From Bugula neritina (taxonomy: Eukaryota; Animalia; Bryozoa): a stretch of 64,000 nucleotides of DNA. The position numbers were made by a program, and so were the translations under genes. The notes under the pieces were generated by a model that saw nothing but the letters and a program-made list of their open reading frames with translations, had not been told where the DNA came from and searched no databases. The stretch lies in assembly GCA_964035545.1 (NCBI GenBank), contig OZ037768.1:23841319-23905318 (forward strand), in the 5' to 3' direction. Shown here in pieces: positions 38,330 through 51,500 of this stretch; the first letter of the stretch is position 1, and the number at the start of each line of letters is the position of its first letter.

Positions 38330-39229
38330 ATTCTGTATTACTGAAAGGGTGACAAGCTCGGACCATTGTCACCAGATGTGACAAGAAGAGTTAGTGTTAG
38401 AAAAAGTGATTGGCTATTTTACCATTAGTGCTGCCGTGCTGCCTACAACAGATATCATCTAGAATGCAACTACGTATACATCTTTAAAAAAACAAAAACT
38501 TCAAAATAAAAATCTTTACAAACTGAGAGAAGGTTTTTAAAACATTGAATTCAGGAATAGGCTTTACATTAGATTTACATAACGACATTAATATGCTTAG
38601 TGTATCACCATATTGTTACATAACTGTTCTATTATACACTCTGAATAGGACCAATTGAGCAATACTTATTCTTTGAGCATTATTTGTTCACCTTAACTAG
38701 CCGTAAGTTGGTATTGTATTTCTGAATTCCTATACAGTATCAACAACACAATAGTGCTTTTCAAGTTGCAGTTGGGAAAATTTTATGGAAGAAAAGGACC
38801 ATTAAAATGATGCAATGATTTGAAAGTTTTGCTATAACTGTATCATGTTTGGTACGGTTTTATCCAGAGGCCTAATCTAAAACCTGCACTCTTGTAATAT
38901 TGAGCTCAATTATTCAACTTACAGTTTTCTATTGATTAAGACTTAACAAAGAAGTAAATAATACTTCAACAATTTTGTGTATGAAGATAAATTTTGTCAA
39001 AGATGTTTTATAAATTAACCTACATAGTTTTAATAGGAAAGGAAAGCAATGAAATGTGCTTAAAGCCCCTCTAACTTTTAAAGTATCAATAATATGGAAA
39101 TGTAAATAATCGGATAATAAAAAAAATTTAACTACTAGAAGAATGTATAAAATTTATGAGGAAAGAAGTTCTATTTAGTAACTCAATTTACAGATTAACC
39201 ATACATCAAAAAGAAAAGAAAATATTTAG

Positions 39230-41400
39230 CTAAACTATCAACCGCAACACTAATACCAACAGCCTAGCTTACACTGTTACTCTAATTGTGAGTCTAGGAG
39301 AATGTTAAAGAGTAGCACTAATAACATTATTTGTAAGTGCTGGTGTAACACTTGGAGTTAGAGTTAATCTTATTCTTAGAGTAATACTGAAGACAGCCAT
39401 AACTGCTAGACTTGCAGATGCTACAACCAAAACAACTCGGAATATAAATAATTCATCAAGTTTAAACGAGTAATATTCATATTAACTATAAATGTATTTT
39501 ATCTATATTAATAATTATAATATTTATTGACTATTGTAATTGACTGTGATACTGATTGACTTTGAGTGATTGTCAATGTCATAGCTCATAAATATTATGA
39601 TTATTATTATGACTATCAGACTCGGTATCATAATCATAATCATATTCATAATGATGATCATTCCATTTCAACTTAAAATTTTAAAAAGCTTTTAAAGGTA
39701 AACTTAATCTATGATATTGATAATGATTATAAATTACTCGTATATAATATTCATAACTAATACTAATAGTAATGTAATAGTTATAGTATTACTATTAATA
39801 ATTAGTAATAGTATTATATAACTATAAGTATAAGTATTAGTTATACTAATACTTATATTTTTATTTATAGTAATACTCTGATAGTAACTGTAATAGTAAT
39901 ACTAATACTAAGTTAACTAGTACAAGTACTATTAGTATTAGTATTATTACTGCTAGCATTATTTAAAACAAACAACATATTCTACATTGGCATTTAACCA
40001 AAATATGTGTGTAAAAGCAGGGTTTTACTTTCAGTTTCTTGCAGCTGATCATATTTTAAGGATTGCCAAGTAATCCTAGCCTAAAACTCCACACTAGGTG
40101 TATCGTATATAAAGTCGTTCCAGTTTGATAACAGCGAGCTAGTATTTTTTCCGAATCTGGAACAGTAATTAGCTAAAAATAAAAGTTGGTTTAAGTTATC
40201 TTTAAAAAAACTGTTATTTTAAAAAAATAATAAAATAAAATTTAAAATAAAATTTTAAATAAACATGAATTTTTATTAAAACAACAACATTTTATTTTGA
40301 ACCACAAGTAAAACACTTGCTTTAAGCTTAATTTGTGTTTCCGGTTTCTAGCAGAAATAAATTGTCAATGTTTGAACAAATACATGTTTTTAATTCATAT
40401 CATTTAGTTAAGATAATTAATTAGATACTTGTTTTTAGTTTACATAGCTGCACACTAGTCTTAAGTATGTATTCAATAATAATTTTTTATAGTGTTGCTG
40501 TTAGTAACATTAACTGATTAAGTTTAACGGTTACAGTTTCAGTTTGAGTTAGTGTTACACTTTGACTTAGTCTTACTCTTACTCTTACTCTTAGTCTTAA
40601 CTCTTACTGTAAGTGTAACTGTAAGTGTCAGTCAAAGTGTAACTTAGTGTAAGTGACTGTAAGAGCAAGTTACTGTAATTGTAACTGTAAGACTAAGTGT
40701 AACACTAGCAGTAACTTTTAGTTGAACTTCAACTTGAAATTAGTAAATAATTAGTTTCAGTTTCAGTTTGATGAAATTCATATTGTTATACTTATAGTTA
40801 TAATTATATCAATATCAATATGTAGTAATAGTTATTATATTTATTATTGCATAGGTTTCAACTTAATCACTAGTACTACTACAATTACTACTACTAAGTA
40901 CTAGTAGTACTAATAGTAATAGTACAAGTACTAGTACTAGTAGTAATTGTATTATTACTTGGTCTTGTAGTTGTAGTTAAACTTTATAAAATTAAATATT
41001 AATATTATTAAATTAAATTAAAAATTATTAAATTATCTATTCCATTTTCACTGTTCAGTATTTTTTTCTGTAAAAGTAAAACTAAAAGTGTTCCTGCTAC
41101 TAATAAACCATTACCAACATTATAAAAATAAAATGTTTATCATAACTTCAAATTTATTACTTGTGCAAGTACTACTAATACTACCACTAGTAGTACTTGT
41201 ACTTGCAAAATTATTTAAATACACAAATGAATAACTACAAATAATGACTTCAATTCTTCGTCAACCTCAATGTTTTAGATTAAAGGTTTAAAAATTTATG
41301 ATTATAATTATTAGTATGAGTATGACTGTGTGTGCATGACTCAAAAATAGTAAAATAATACAGTGAGTTATGCACGCAAGTAACTTCAACTCATCAGTGC
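39230..41400. promoter_or_regulatory. Divergent intergenic region (Mondo / paralog A) with 6-bp periodic AnT lattice around an A/T-tract core (~40180-40310)
   Basis: Between the 5' ends of two head-to-head genes; ETS-like TTCCGG at ~40339; same lattice as upstream of EXOC7. Confidence 0.5.
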
Positions 41401-41674
41401 AGGAAATTTTAATCTAATCAAAACATTCTACGCGATTATTTATATTATTATGATGTAATTTTTATTCAATAAACAGTAAGCAAATAATAATTAAACAAAT
41501 AAGCAAGTACTCATAATAAAAAAGTAAAGTAAATTTCTCTCTTAGCATCAAGAAGGTTATTGCGATATCACTACTCCAGTATAACTTAGTACAAGCATAT
41601 TATGCGTGAATATGACTATGTTTGTAGGAAGGCTAAGCATGAGTATATATCAATGAACTGCATCTTTATATAAT

Positions 41675-43493
41675 ATGGGAGATCCAGTGTTCCCACCCAG
41701 TAACTTTACCATTTGGCCTTTAACCAGAACTGGAGCTATAACCTTTGATATCTTAGTTCTGATTATTGCTCTGACTCTTTGGTTCGTACCCAGAGGAATA
41801 TATAAAAGAGAAAGGCTTCTTACTGCATGCCAACATTTAACTGATGTGAGAAGTGGTTTGTGTTGTCTATATTTTATTAATAATTTGAGTTTGTTTCTTT
41901 TTTTAAACATATTTTTCAGTCAAAGTTTATAAATTCATTTAAAACAATTACAAATTCAAAAAGCCAAATATTATTTGTAATGTAATTATGTAATGTATTA
42001 TTATAGATACAAAAGAAATATGTCATAGGCTACTTCATTGTATTAAATCGCAGTCATTTAGTACATTTATTTGCAGAATATCTAAACATATTTTCCTCAC
42101 ATTATATAGCTCCTTGTGATGAGAGAGAGTTGTTGAAATTCTAACATATTATTTACAAAAATATTGGCTATGTTTGTGTCTGCTAGTAACTTCTAAACAG
42201 GCATCATTTAACATGATAATTAACTTTAGGAGTTGTCTACTATTGTGTCTCACACTGACCTCTTCTAAACAGGGAGTTGTGAATCAATACAGACTGTGGG
42301 GATTCTGGGTGTGTGGTGTAGACTCCATACGCATAGCAGACGGCCAGGTGACATTGAACAGGCTGAGAGGGAACTGCTGTTGCTCTCTCCAGGGTATGTC
42401 AACGTCTCTGTCATGGTTCACTGGGTTTGTCAGCATATCTCAACTGTCTGTGTTACTAAAACAGATTTCTGTGTGGCTCTATTTATGGTATTATATACAC
42501 CATTGCAGATATATCATTTCCTGTGAGCTCATTGGTTGACCTCCAACTGAAGAGGAAGGGCGTGTTCCCCCTAGGGGTCATCTGGGCCTTTCTCATCAGC
42601 TGTCTGTGTGGCATGTGGCTGCACTTTATACCCTGCATATGGTGGACATGTGACTGGGGCTACTATGACGGACAGGGTAAGGCAACTCTAACACCATACT
42701 GTCATGTAGTATGGGTTGATCTGGTAACTGCATGGAAGCAGAGTACTTGGTAACTTCTAAGATTATTCTCGCATCTACAACTTTTCTTCTATCATTGGAG
42801 GCTTGAGATTCACCAAATCTTCCAGGATACAGATATGTTCATAGCATAGCTGGGGACATTTGTCCAATCAACGGCCATGTTACTTAAAGTTCATATGCAA
42901 TACTGGGTTGGCTGACATTAGTGAGTCAACTTTTCTAATATTATAGAAACAGTTTATGTCAAATGACCTTCACCTTCAAGGTCCTTCAACTTTTGTTTCT
43001 GTCAGCTCTATTGGCAATCTATATCCGGTTAAAATCAGCGTGGATTACTGTAAATTTTGTTAAAAATGTTTGACACAAATTAACATTACATTCTGTATTT
43101 ATGAAACAAATTTGCTTTTCTAGCTCATATAACTAAAAAACCCTAAAAGCATCTCACTATTGGTATAAAAAGCGCCAAGTAATAGAAGACAGTTGGTAAC
43201 ATATATCTTACTCCTCACACCTATGATATATTCTCTCTACACACTTACTGTTGGTAGGAGTACGAGGGGGGATTTGGTTCATCACGTGGCCTCTGCTGTT
43301 CTTCGTATACCTTCTTCTCTACGCTGTCCTTGAACTTGAGGTCACCGTGCAGGATGGATCTCGGCGAACTAAGTACCGTCTGGCTATTGCAGACGGCGCT
43401 GCCAGGAGGGTCAGCAACCTCGCTGCCTGTCACCAGCTGGAGACGTTGAGACAGTGTAGATGTACGTACAGTGTAGGTGTATGTACAGTGTAG
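41675..43493 (+). CDS. Uncharacterised multi-pass membrane protein, tandem paralog A (4 exons; 3' end uncertain)
   Basis: Exons 41675-41845, 42273-42393, 42509-42676, 43258-~43493. Internal exon lengths (121, 168 nt) and phases equal those of paralog B; shared motifs PPxNFxIWP, LWGFWVCG, HFIPCIWWTCDWGYYDGQG, GxRGxxW; about three hydrophobic segments. The C-terminus runs into a 17-bp minisatellite. Confidence 0.8.
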
Positions 43494-43802
43494 GTGTATG
43501 TACAGTGTAGATGTATGTACAGTGTAGATGTATGTACAGTGTAGGTGTATGTACAGTGTAGATGTATGTACAGTGTAGGTGTATGTACAGTGTAGGTGTA
43601 TGTACAGTGTAGATGTATGTACAGTGTAGGTGTATGTACAGTGTAGGTGTGTGTACAGTGTAGGTGTGTGTACAGTGTAGATGTGTGTACAGTGTAGATG
43701 TATGTACAGTGTAGATGTGTGTACAGTGTAGATGTACGTACAGTGTAGGTGTATGTACAGTGTAGATGTATGTACAGTGTAGATGTATGTACAGTGTAGG
43801 TG
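43450..43802. repeat. 17-bp minisatellite, ~20 copies, overlapping the 3' end of paralog A
   Basis: Unit ACAGTGTAGRTGTATGT. Confidence 0.95.
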
Positions 43803-45715
43803 TTGGTTAGCTGGTAGAATAATATTACAAACTTATCATCTCTTAATATCAACATTCTTGCTGTAAGTTTCATTGCTGTGTTGACATCTGTGAAGTAGAA
43901 CGCATATCAGTAGATGTTATCTTCTGTTTTAGTGGCTGAAATGAGCTCAGATAAACCAATCAGCTAATTGCTACTATCGTTCAGAGATATATGAAGTTGT
44001 CAGTCTCTCTCTAGTCTGGAATTATTACATTAGTGTTATATAGTTGATATTGTGATAATTTTGCTCACTATTTTTGGATCTTCTTTTAGTATTATGCAGT
44101 GTTTTTACATTAACATCAAGTCTATTGGTGTATGTTTTATAAGCTGGTCTGTAAACCAGACTATCTTCAACTAATACCGAGTTTATTACATTATTTAACT
44201 CTATGCTGTATCTCTACTTCTTGCAATCAATTTAATTTGATTTTTAGTCTATCATTTTTATAAAAATTACTTATTTATTTCTAGAGTTTTTGATTTCATC
44301 ATTTTGTCCGGTATATTTCCCAAATATAATTCTTCTGCCTCTTGTAAATCATTCAATAAATTTTGTAGCCACCATTTTATTACAGATAATATTGTATGTT
44401 ATACAACTGCGTTTACCTGCTAACCTAAACTACCAATAAGATCAATCATATATTCGCTCAGTCTCCACATACAACAGCCTTCCACACTGGTACAGGACAG
44501 GCAAACACACCATCATCACTAATAGGGCTTCATTAATCTATCTATAGCGCAACTGTGCAAACCATTTAGTAGATTTAGACAAAAATTAGAAAAGTTAGTC
44601 TTAGGATCTGTAAGTACTCTAAGGAATACTGGGTAGGGCACTGCAAGCCACTGTAGTGTGCTAAAGGAACAGCTGGCTATTTTTAGCAACTGTTGACGTT
44701 CAGTTTGTGACCAAACAATGTCATAATGATGATGTTTTGGGTGTAAGGGAAGTTTGGAGCTAAACATATTATAGTAAAACTTGTATAAACTTGTTCAAAG
44801 TTATATAACAATTAGATGCCATAGCATATATACTTATAAGTACTATTATTATTTACTAAAAACTATCCACTTGGATGTTATTTTATGCAAGCTTTGATTC
44901 AAAGTAGGCACAGAGTTTTAAAAAAGATTACTTTAATTTGTTGCTTAAATTTTTTACTTGGGCTATTTTCTTCAAATGTTTTCCCCTAATGTTGATGTAT
45001 ATTATACTTTAGTAAAATATATGAAACTGTTATGTTAGGTTAGCAGTAAATGGATATTAATAGAGTTTTGGGTGGATATTATAATATGTTGATAATCAAA
45101 AGGCATATTGATCTGCTATGTTACATTATTAATATAATAAACTTGATCATCAAGTTGAAACGAATCCCCCAGGATTTACAAACAACTGAATATAACTTTA
45201 TAAAGTATCTGTTATATAAGGTTGCTATTTTCACTTCACCTGAGTTTCAGTCAACCTGGTACACCAGCAGAATCAGGTTAGTGCTGTTTCTTAGACACCA
45301 TTGAAAGTGCTGTTTGAAGCAGGATTTTTAGTTTTACAGAAGAATTGAAACTTGAGGAAACATGAAAATAAACTTAAGTCAATTATTAGAAATCTATGAG
45401 CTAGCAATTAACACTCCTGAATATATATTTGGCCATATGCCAACAATTTATTCTGGGGGAAATGTAAAATCTAGCTAAGGGATTTTTTTAAAAAATATTT
45501 TCTCCATTGTTGATTATAATTACATGGGTGTGACAGTTATAACTATAGCTTTTTGCTGCTTAAAATTTAAATCAACAAATAACAGTATCATCTTATGAGA
45601 AAATTCATGTAAAAAAGTTGCATATAAAAATTATTAGTAGCAGTACTTACTTGACAAAATTGATATCTAGACTCTACCAACACTATCAGCAGGTAACTGT
45701 TTCTGGTTAGACATC

Positions 45716-48115
45716 ATGGACTACATAAACGCAGACAAGTTCAATAAAGATATATCTTCGCCACCAGCAAACTTTCACATCTGGCCAGTGGAGAGGAAAA
45801 TAGCTGTGTGTATAGATGTGATGATCCCATGTGTGTTGGTGCTGCTTTGGGCCATCCCTCGATATGTGTACAGTACCAGCAGAGTGTGCGATAAGTCTGG
45901 GAATATCAGGAATGTAAGAAATTCTAAACTCTTTCTATCAAATAGACATTTTTTATAGTTGTGCACATTAAACTCTATCAGACTATAATATCATATATAT
46001 TACAACTATTTTGAAGTCAATAATCTACATAGAGGCTTATTTTATCAAATAAATTATTCTTTATTCTCTCACTATATTGGAAACATATAAAAGCTAAAAC
46101 TTAGCAAGTTTACGTGCCCAATAGCCCACCTATTTCAAGTTGTTGTGTAAAGTAGAGGAACTAGAATTTCAAATCCTTGTGATTGGCCGAGTGTTGAAGT
46201 AGTTGTATTTTAGACCAATCATCTGTCAGAAGCCATATTCTAGTTCTAGTAACAGGTGAAAAGGTATATGCCAAGGATTAGACTTAGCGCTATGTGTTGT
46301 GGTTTGGTATGCGAGTCGGTGTCCAGTAAAAATGGCACAAGTAAAAATGGCCCAGATGGCAAAGCAGGTAAAATGGAACATTTTTACAATATTTGAGTTT
46401 GGGGTAGAGTTGGGTGTTTGGGATGGGAGCTTAGGTTTGGGAATTGGGGTTTGAGTTTGATGTTGGGGAAAATTTAACACCAGTGTGCCATTTTTTCTTA
46501 CTTTTCCATTTGTGCCATTATTACCTGCATGTGCCATTTTTACCTAAAATCATGCAGTTCAGTCACCTTAAATTATGAAAATTGCAAATATCTATTCGAA
46601 TAATGTGTTACTTTTTAAAACCAAAATTTTAATATATACCTTCTGGAAACTGTAAATTTCCTAGTTTGATGAATAAAAATATAGCAAATTCCTGCTTTAT
46701 AAAAATATTTAGACTTTTAAATTTTTCCTACATGCAATATTATAGTTCTTTCAAAAATGTTTTCAATTTGAAAAGCTACATGCGGAATGCCACATCTAAC
46801 TTTTAGCTTAAATTCAAAGCCCAAGCTATAAGTTAAAGCCCAGAACATTTCTCTTTACCAAATCACAAACTCTGTCTTTCATAGGGAATTGTGAGTCAGG
46901 CAAAGCTGTGGGGATTCTGGGTGTGTGGCTTAGACACAGTGCAGGTAGTGGATGATGACATCATCATCAACAAACGTAGAGGACACAACTGCTTCTCAAT
47001 CAGAGGTTGTCTGCTCTTTGTTTCGTATAGCTTGCCATGTTTATGTTATGTGTCTACAGTGTATAATATATGTCTACAGTGTATAATATCTGTCTACAGT
47101 GTATAATGTATGTATACAGTGTATCATATATGTCTACAGTGCGTATAATATATGTCTACAGTGCGTATAATATATGTCTACATCGGGAGTTATTCTCTCT
47201 TGTAGAACTGAAACTCCCATTAGACAATCTGATAGACTTAGAGTTAGTGCGCCACGGCTACTGCTTTAGGGGCATTCTGTGGGCCTTTGCTGTGGGCTGT
47301 CTTATTGGGATCTGGTTTCACTTCATACCCTGCATATGGTGGACATGTGACTGGGGCTACTATGATGGACAGGGTAAGACAATTACAGAATATTACAGGA
47401 TGCATTCAGCTACATAAGCAACATAAGTCACATGTTGAAGCAGCTAACTAGAAAATTACATATCATTTTAGTGTGTTGAACACTTCTGTATTGTAAAACA
47501 ATTTCCCTCACCTGGATTCGAGCCTTAGGCCTCCGGCTTGCAAGCTAGCAGTGTGCAAACTACTATACTGTGAGGGCTGCTGGGTAATTTGAACACTACA
47601 TGACCTATATAGCTTATATTAAATCCATTAAACAGCAAATCTGGTATACTATTTCTCTCAGCATATGGCACGGAGGATGTCTTTGTACAGTCATTAGTTT
47701 AAAACAAATAAAAATATTTCATTTCAGTCAAAAAGTGTTGCGTGATGGTATTAACGTGATGGTATTGAGCTAGCTTAATAGTTTTACCAGATTTGAGATT
47801 ATGGCATATGACAATGTTGACTCTACTGTTGCAGGCATAAGAGGTGCCTTATGGTTGGTCGGCTGGGGTATAGTATTTTCTTCGCTGACGCTGTTCTACC
47901 CAGTGATTGAGCTGCAGATGACAATAGCCAATAGAGGGAGAGAAAGGAAATACTGCGTTGCTATTGGAGGAGGCTGCGCCAAAGATGCAGAAGACGCGGT
48001 CGTCTGCTACGACTTTGAGTTGCTTAAGAAGTGCCTTCTCAAAGCCAACAATGAAGAAGTAGAAGAGGTTCGAGTCCCAAAGTATAACAATGAAGCTACC
48101 TATCAGCTTTCTTGA
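45716..48115 (+). CDS. Uncharacterised multi-pass membrane protein, tandem paralog B (4 exons)
   Basis: Exons 45716-45913, 46885-47005, 47206-47373, 47835-48115 in frame with GT-AG boundaries; collinear homology to paralog A; AATAAA at ~48390 and ~48410. Confidence 0.85.
46326..46543. mobile_element. Small MITE-like inverted-repeat element in intron 1 of paralog B
   Basis: GTAAAAATGGCACA at the left and TGTGCCATTTTTAC at the right, with additional AAAATGG/CCATT subrepeats on each arm and a G/T-rich (GGGTTT-like) centre. No target-site duplication established. Confidence 0.6.
47048..47182. repeat. 20-bp minisatellite (paralog B intron 2)
   Basis: Unit TATGTCTACAGTGTATAATA. Confidence 0.9.
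47500..47580 (-). mobile_element. tRNA-derived SINE-like head, diverged copy
   Basis: Minus strand reads ...GCTTGCAAGCCGGAGGCCTAAGGCTCGAATCC..., matching GCTTGCAAGCCGGAGGTCTCAGGTTCGAATCT at ~12877-12909. Confidence 0.55.
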
Positions 48116-48592
48116 CTTTCGTGACAGAGAAGTGTGTTGAGAGCGAGGCATTTGTAGTGAATCCATTCATATTCTTATTACAGTTTGACTCATGTTTTAT
48201 ATTGATTTTTAAGGAGTTGAGACACTTTTTTCTAGTTTTGCAATCGCAGATTGTGAAAGAATTTGAAGTGGAAGATGTTCTTTGTTTTTGTTCTCAAGAA
48301 TTCATTCAAATATTATCATATTATTTTGATTTCATAAACTTTGAATATCATATTTATATTTCTACATGTGCTATACTCTATCTATAAACAATAAAACGGA
48401 ACATGCTCCAATAAAGAGTTTACCTACAAAGAAGAAAGTTCTTGAACCACTATTAATTAGAAATTAGCTCTGTGTATGAAAACAGTAATTTAATGTATAT
48501 CTTTTATAAAACCTGAACATTGGGTTATGTACAGCTGGTCAGTATGAAAACTATATTAGAAACTGCATAGATACTAACAGAAGCTTTATCAG

Positions 48593-51500
48593 TTACTTAG
48601 AAAGTTTAGCCACTCTCTGAAGATGGCGGATGTCGTGTATTGCCTGACCAAGTATGGCCTTTTTCTGGGCCTCCCAGTCTAGTTTCACCATCAGTCTCTG
48701 TTGCATCAACTCGTCTTCCGGATACGGGCTGATTATCTGCAGAAGTTTCCTCTGCAGTTTCTGCGAGCAGTGCTCCTGGAAGAACTCTTTGTTGATCATG
48801 ATACACTCAGCTCCATTGCTCACCAGACACATGCTGGGCTGGCCCATCAGCACCACGTCAGCCAGCCCCTGTAAATAGTTCATAGACTCTTAGGCTATTT
48901 CAGTGCTAATTCTTTCCACCTGTATTATAGGCTGATATTAGAGCAAGTGGATAAGTTCTCTTTAATAAGGAAAACTTTGCTTAAAAAGTGTTAGCACTAG
49001 GGTTCTATGAGTGTGTCAGGGGACTGCAGTGGGCTCGTTTCTAGACGCCCATCACACATGCTAAAACTGGGGCTACAACTTCAGACATATATAACCATGC
49101 TTTAAATAAAAATAATTTACAAGCTACTAAATAGAGCAGATTCTGGCAAGTTTCTGCATATAATTTAATTCTATCACCAAGTATAACAAAGTGCAGCATG
49201 AAAGGCATACAGAATTTCAAAGAGGAACCCCATAATGCCTTGCATTTATATCTATTTCATGATTAAAGCAGTATGTTATTGTATTAAACTGTATTGTATT
49301 ATACTATATTATATTGCATAATAATTCACTATTATATTATATTATGTTATATTGTATTATGTTATATATACTACATTATATCATATTACAATGTATTAGT
49401 AAAGTTATAGTGGTTGGCTCATAGGTAAACCCACAAGTTTAATCAACAGCGGAGAACTAAGAGCATCAAAACTTACGAATTCAGATCCTTTAGTGAGAGT
49501 TTGAACTTTAACAAACTGTGGGTTGAGATCTGCCTCGGTGAGTAAATGTGCCTAAAATAAAATTAAATAATGGAGTAGCTATAAATTGTGCAGCTTGGAT
49601 CTGATCGGGAGAGACTATTTGTATTCCAATTAATGTTGCTGCATTATTTTTTATATTGAAGCTGTGTGACTTTGTCTAACGTGGATGACTTTGTCTAACG
49701 TGGATGACTTTGTCTAACGTGGATGACTTTGTCTAACGTGGATGGTGTGGGGGAATCATGTGACAAGTTTGAAAACGACAAATGAATGTTGAAAAAAACT
49801 GACTTATAACATTTTGAAATTACTTTGTAAGGCATAAAATAAAAAAGGAATTGGTATTGGAATCAAAAGAGGGCTCTCTATGGATACGTCTCAAACCACG
49901 CTAATAGAATGGTTTAAGGGCTTTCAAAGTTGCACCGAAGTCACTGTGACTGAACGCCCATCCTGGTCCACAAACTAAACACTACACACTAAACACTATA
50001 CACTATACACACTACGCACGTGAACTACACAGTACAGACTACAAACACACACACTTCACACATTACTATATATACTAATCACTAAATCATTATATCATAT
50101 ACATAGAGTTACAATATGAAATGTATCCCACAATTCCATTGTAGCTGTATGTACAACGCAGATGCTACCAACAGTCACTGTAAGCTCAATACTACGTAAG
50201 TTCTGGCTACACGAAGCCAAGCAGAGAAAGGTCACAGGTTAACTTATAATACTGCTTTTAAGCATGCAATACAAACCACTCTTATCCTAATTGGCTGCAT
50301 AAAGAAACCGTCAAGTGGTTGGCATATATATATAATTCTCCCGATATAATTATAAACACAGGACATATTACTCTGAAATTATTAAAATTGTATATAGACA
50401 CATAAACGAATAAATGCATAAAAATGCATTAACTATAGCGCAAGTGTAATTTAACAATATACACTACCCAATGCTGAGTTTTTAATTGAAATTATATAAA
50501 TTATTGTGTAAAGATAAAACAGAGTGCAGACGTACTCTCTTTTCAAACCCTTTGTCAAGGTCATCCAAGTACGTCCTCCTCTCAGGTGCTTGGGTTGTCT
50601 GCACCTCCTCAGAAGAGGGACAAAACTCCTCTTTTGGTACTGCAGAGGAAACGGGAGAAATAAGCAAAAATTAAAGAAGAAAAGTTGTAGATACATGTTT
50701 TAGAGGATTTGTAAAAATAATTTAGTATTTGTAGTTATGTCTCCGTATTTGAAAAAATGCAACACTTTGATTTGCCGGACACATGCAATGAGTATATGAA
50801 CATGTATACATGTATAAAAGTCAAATTGAACTTAATTGATTATATATTTATATATTATAATTCCAAATGTAATTATAATTTTATTTTGACTGTCAATATT
50901 CTTAATTACAACAAGAAATAGCATTTAAATTTTAAACGTATAAAATATTATGATGAAAAATAAAATATATTTCTGGTATATATACAATTCTAATTATTCA
51001 AATTAACATTAAAAGTAATGAATAATGATGTTACTAATACACAATGTACTAACACTCATGAGCCTGCTATTTTAGTGAATATATTGCAAAAGCAATCAAA
51101 CTGCGGAAAGTGAAACTGGAGGGTGCAAAGTGCATGAGGGTCTCTCACTTTAAGAGTTTGTATTGTGAAGAGTATACAAGTATACTGTGATAGGCCAGAC
51201 CTAGTGGGACAAGGGGTCAAAAGGTCAAAGCTAATGGGTCAAAAGGTCAAAGCTATTGAATCAACTCTCAAAGCTAGTGGGTAAAAACTCAAACACGGGC
51301 TTTCAATCACCGGCTTTCCATGTACCGATCTCAGATCGATCTTGCTGAGATCGATCCATGGAAAGACGCCAAAGATCGATCTCAGTCGTTCTGAGCTGGT
51401 CGGTCTGTAGAGCTCGAACTCAGATCGATCTCAATGCAATAAGACCATGGAAAGACGCCAGATCGATCCGAGAAGTAGAAAAATGACTGCTCGCTAAAAT

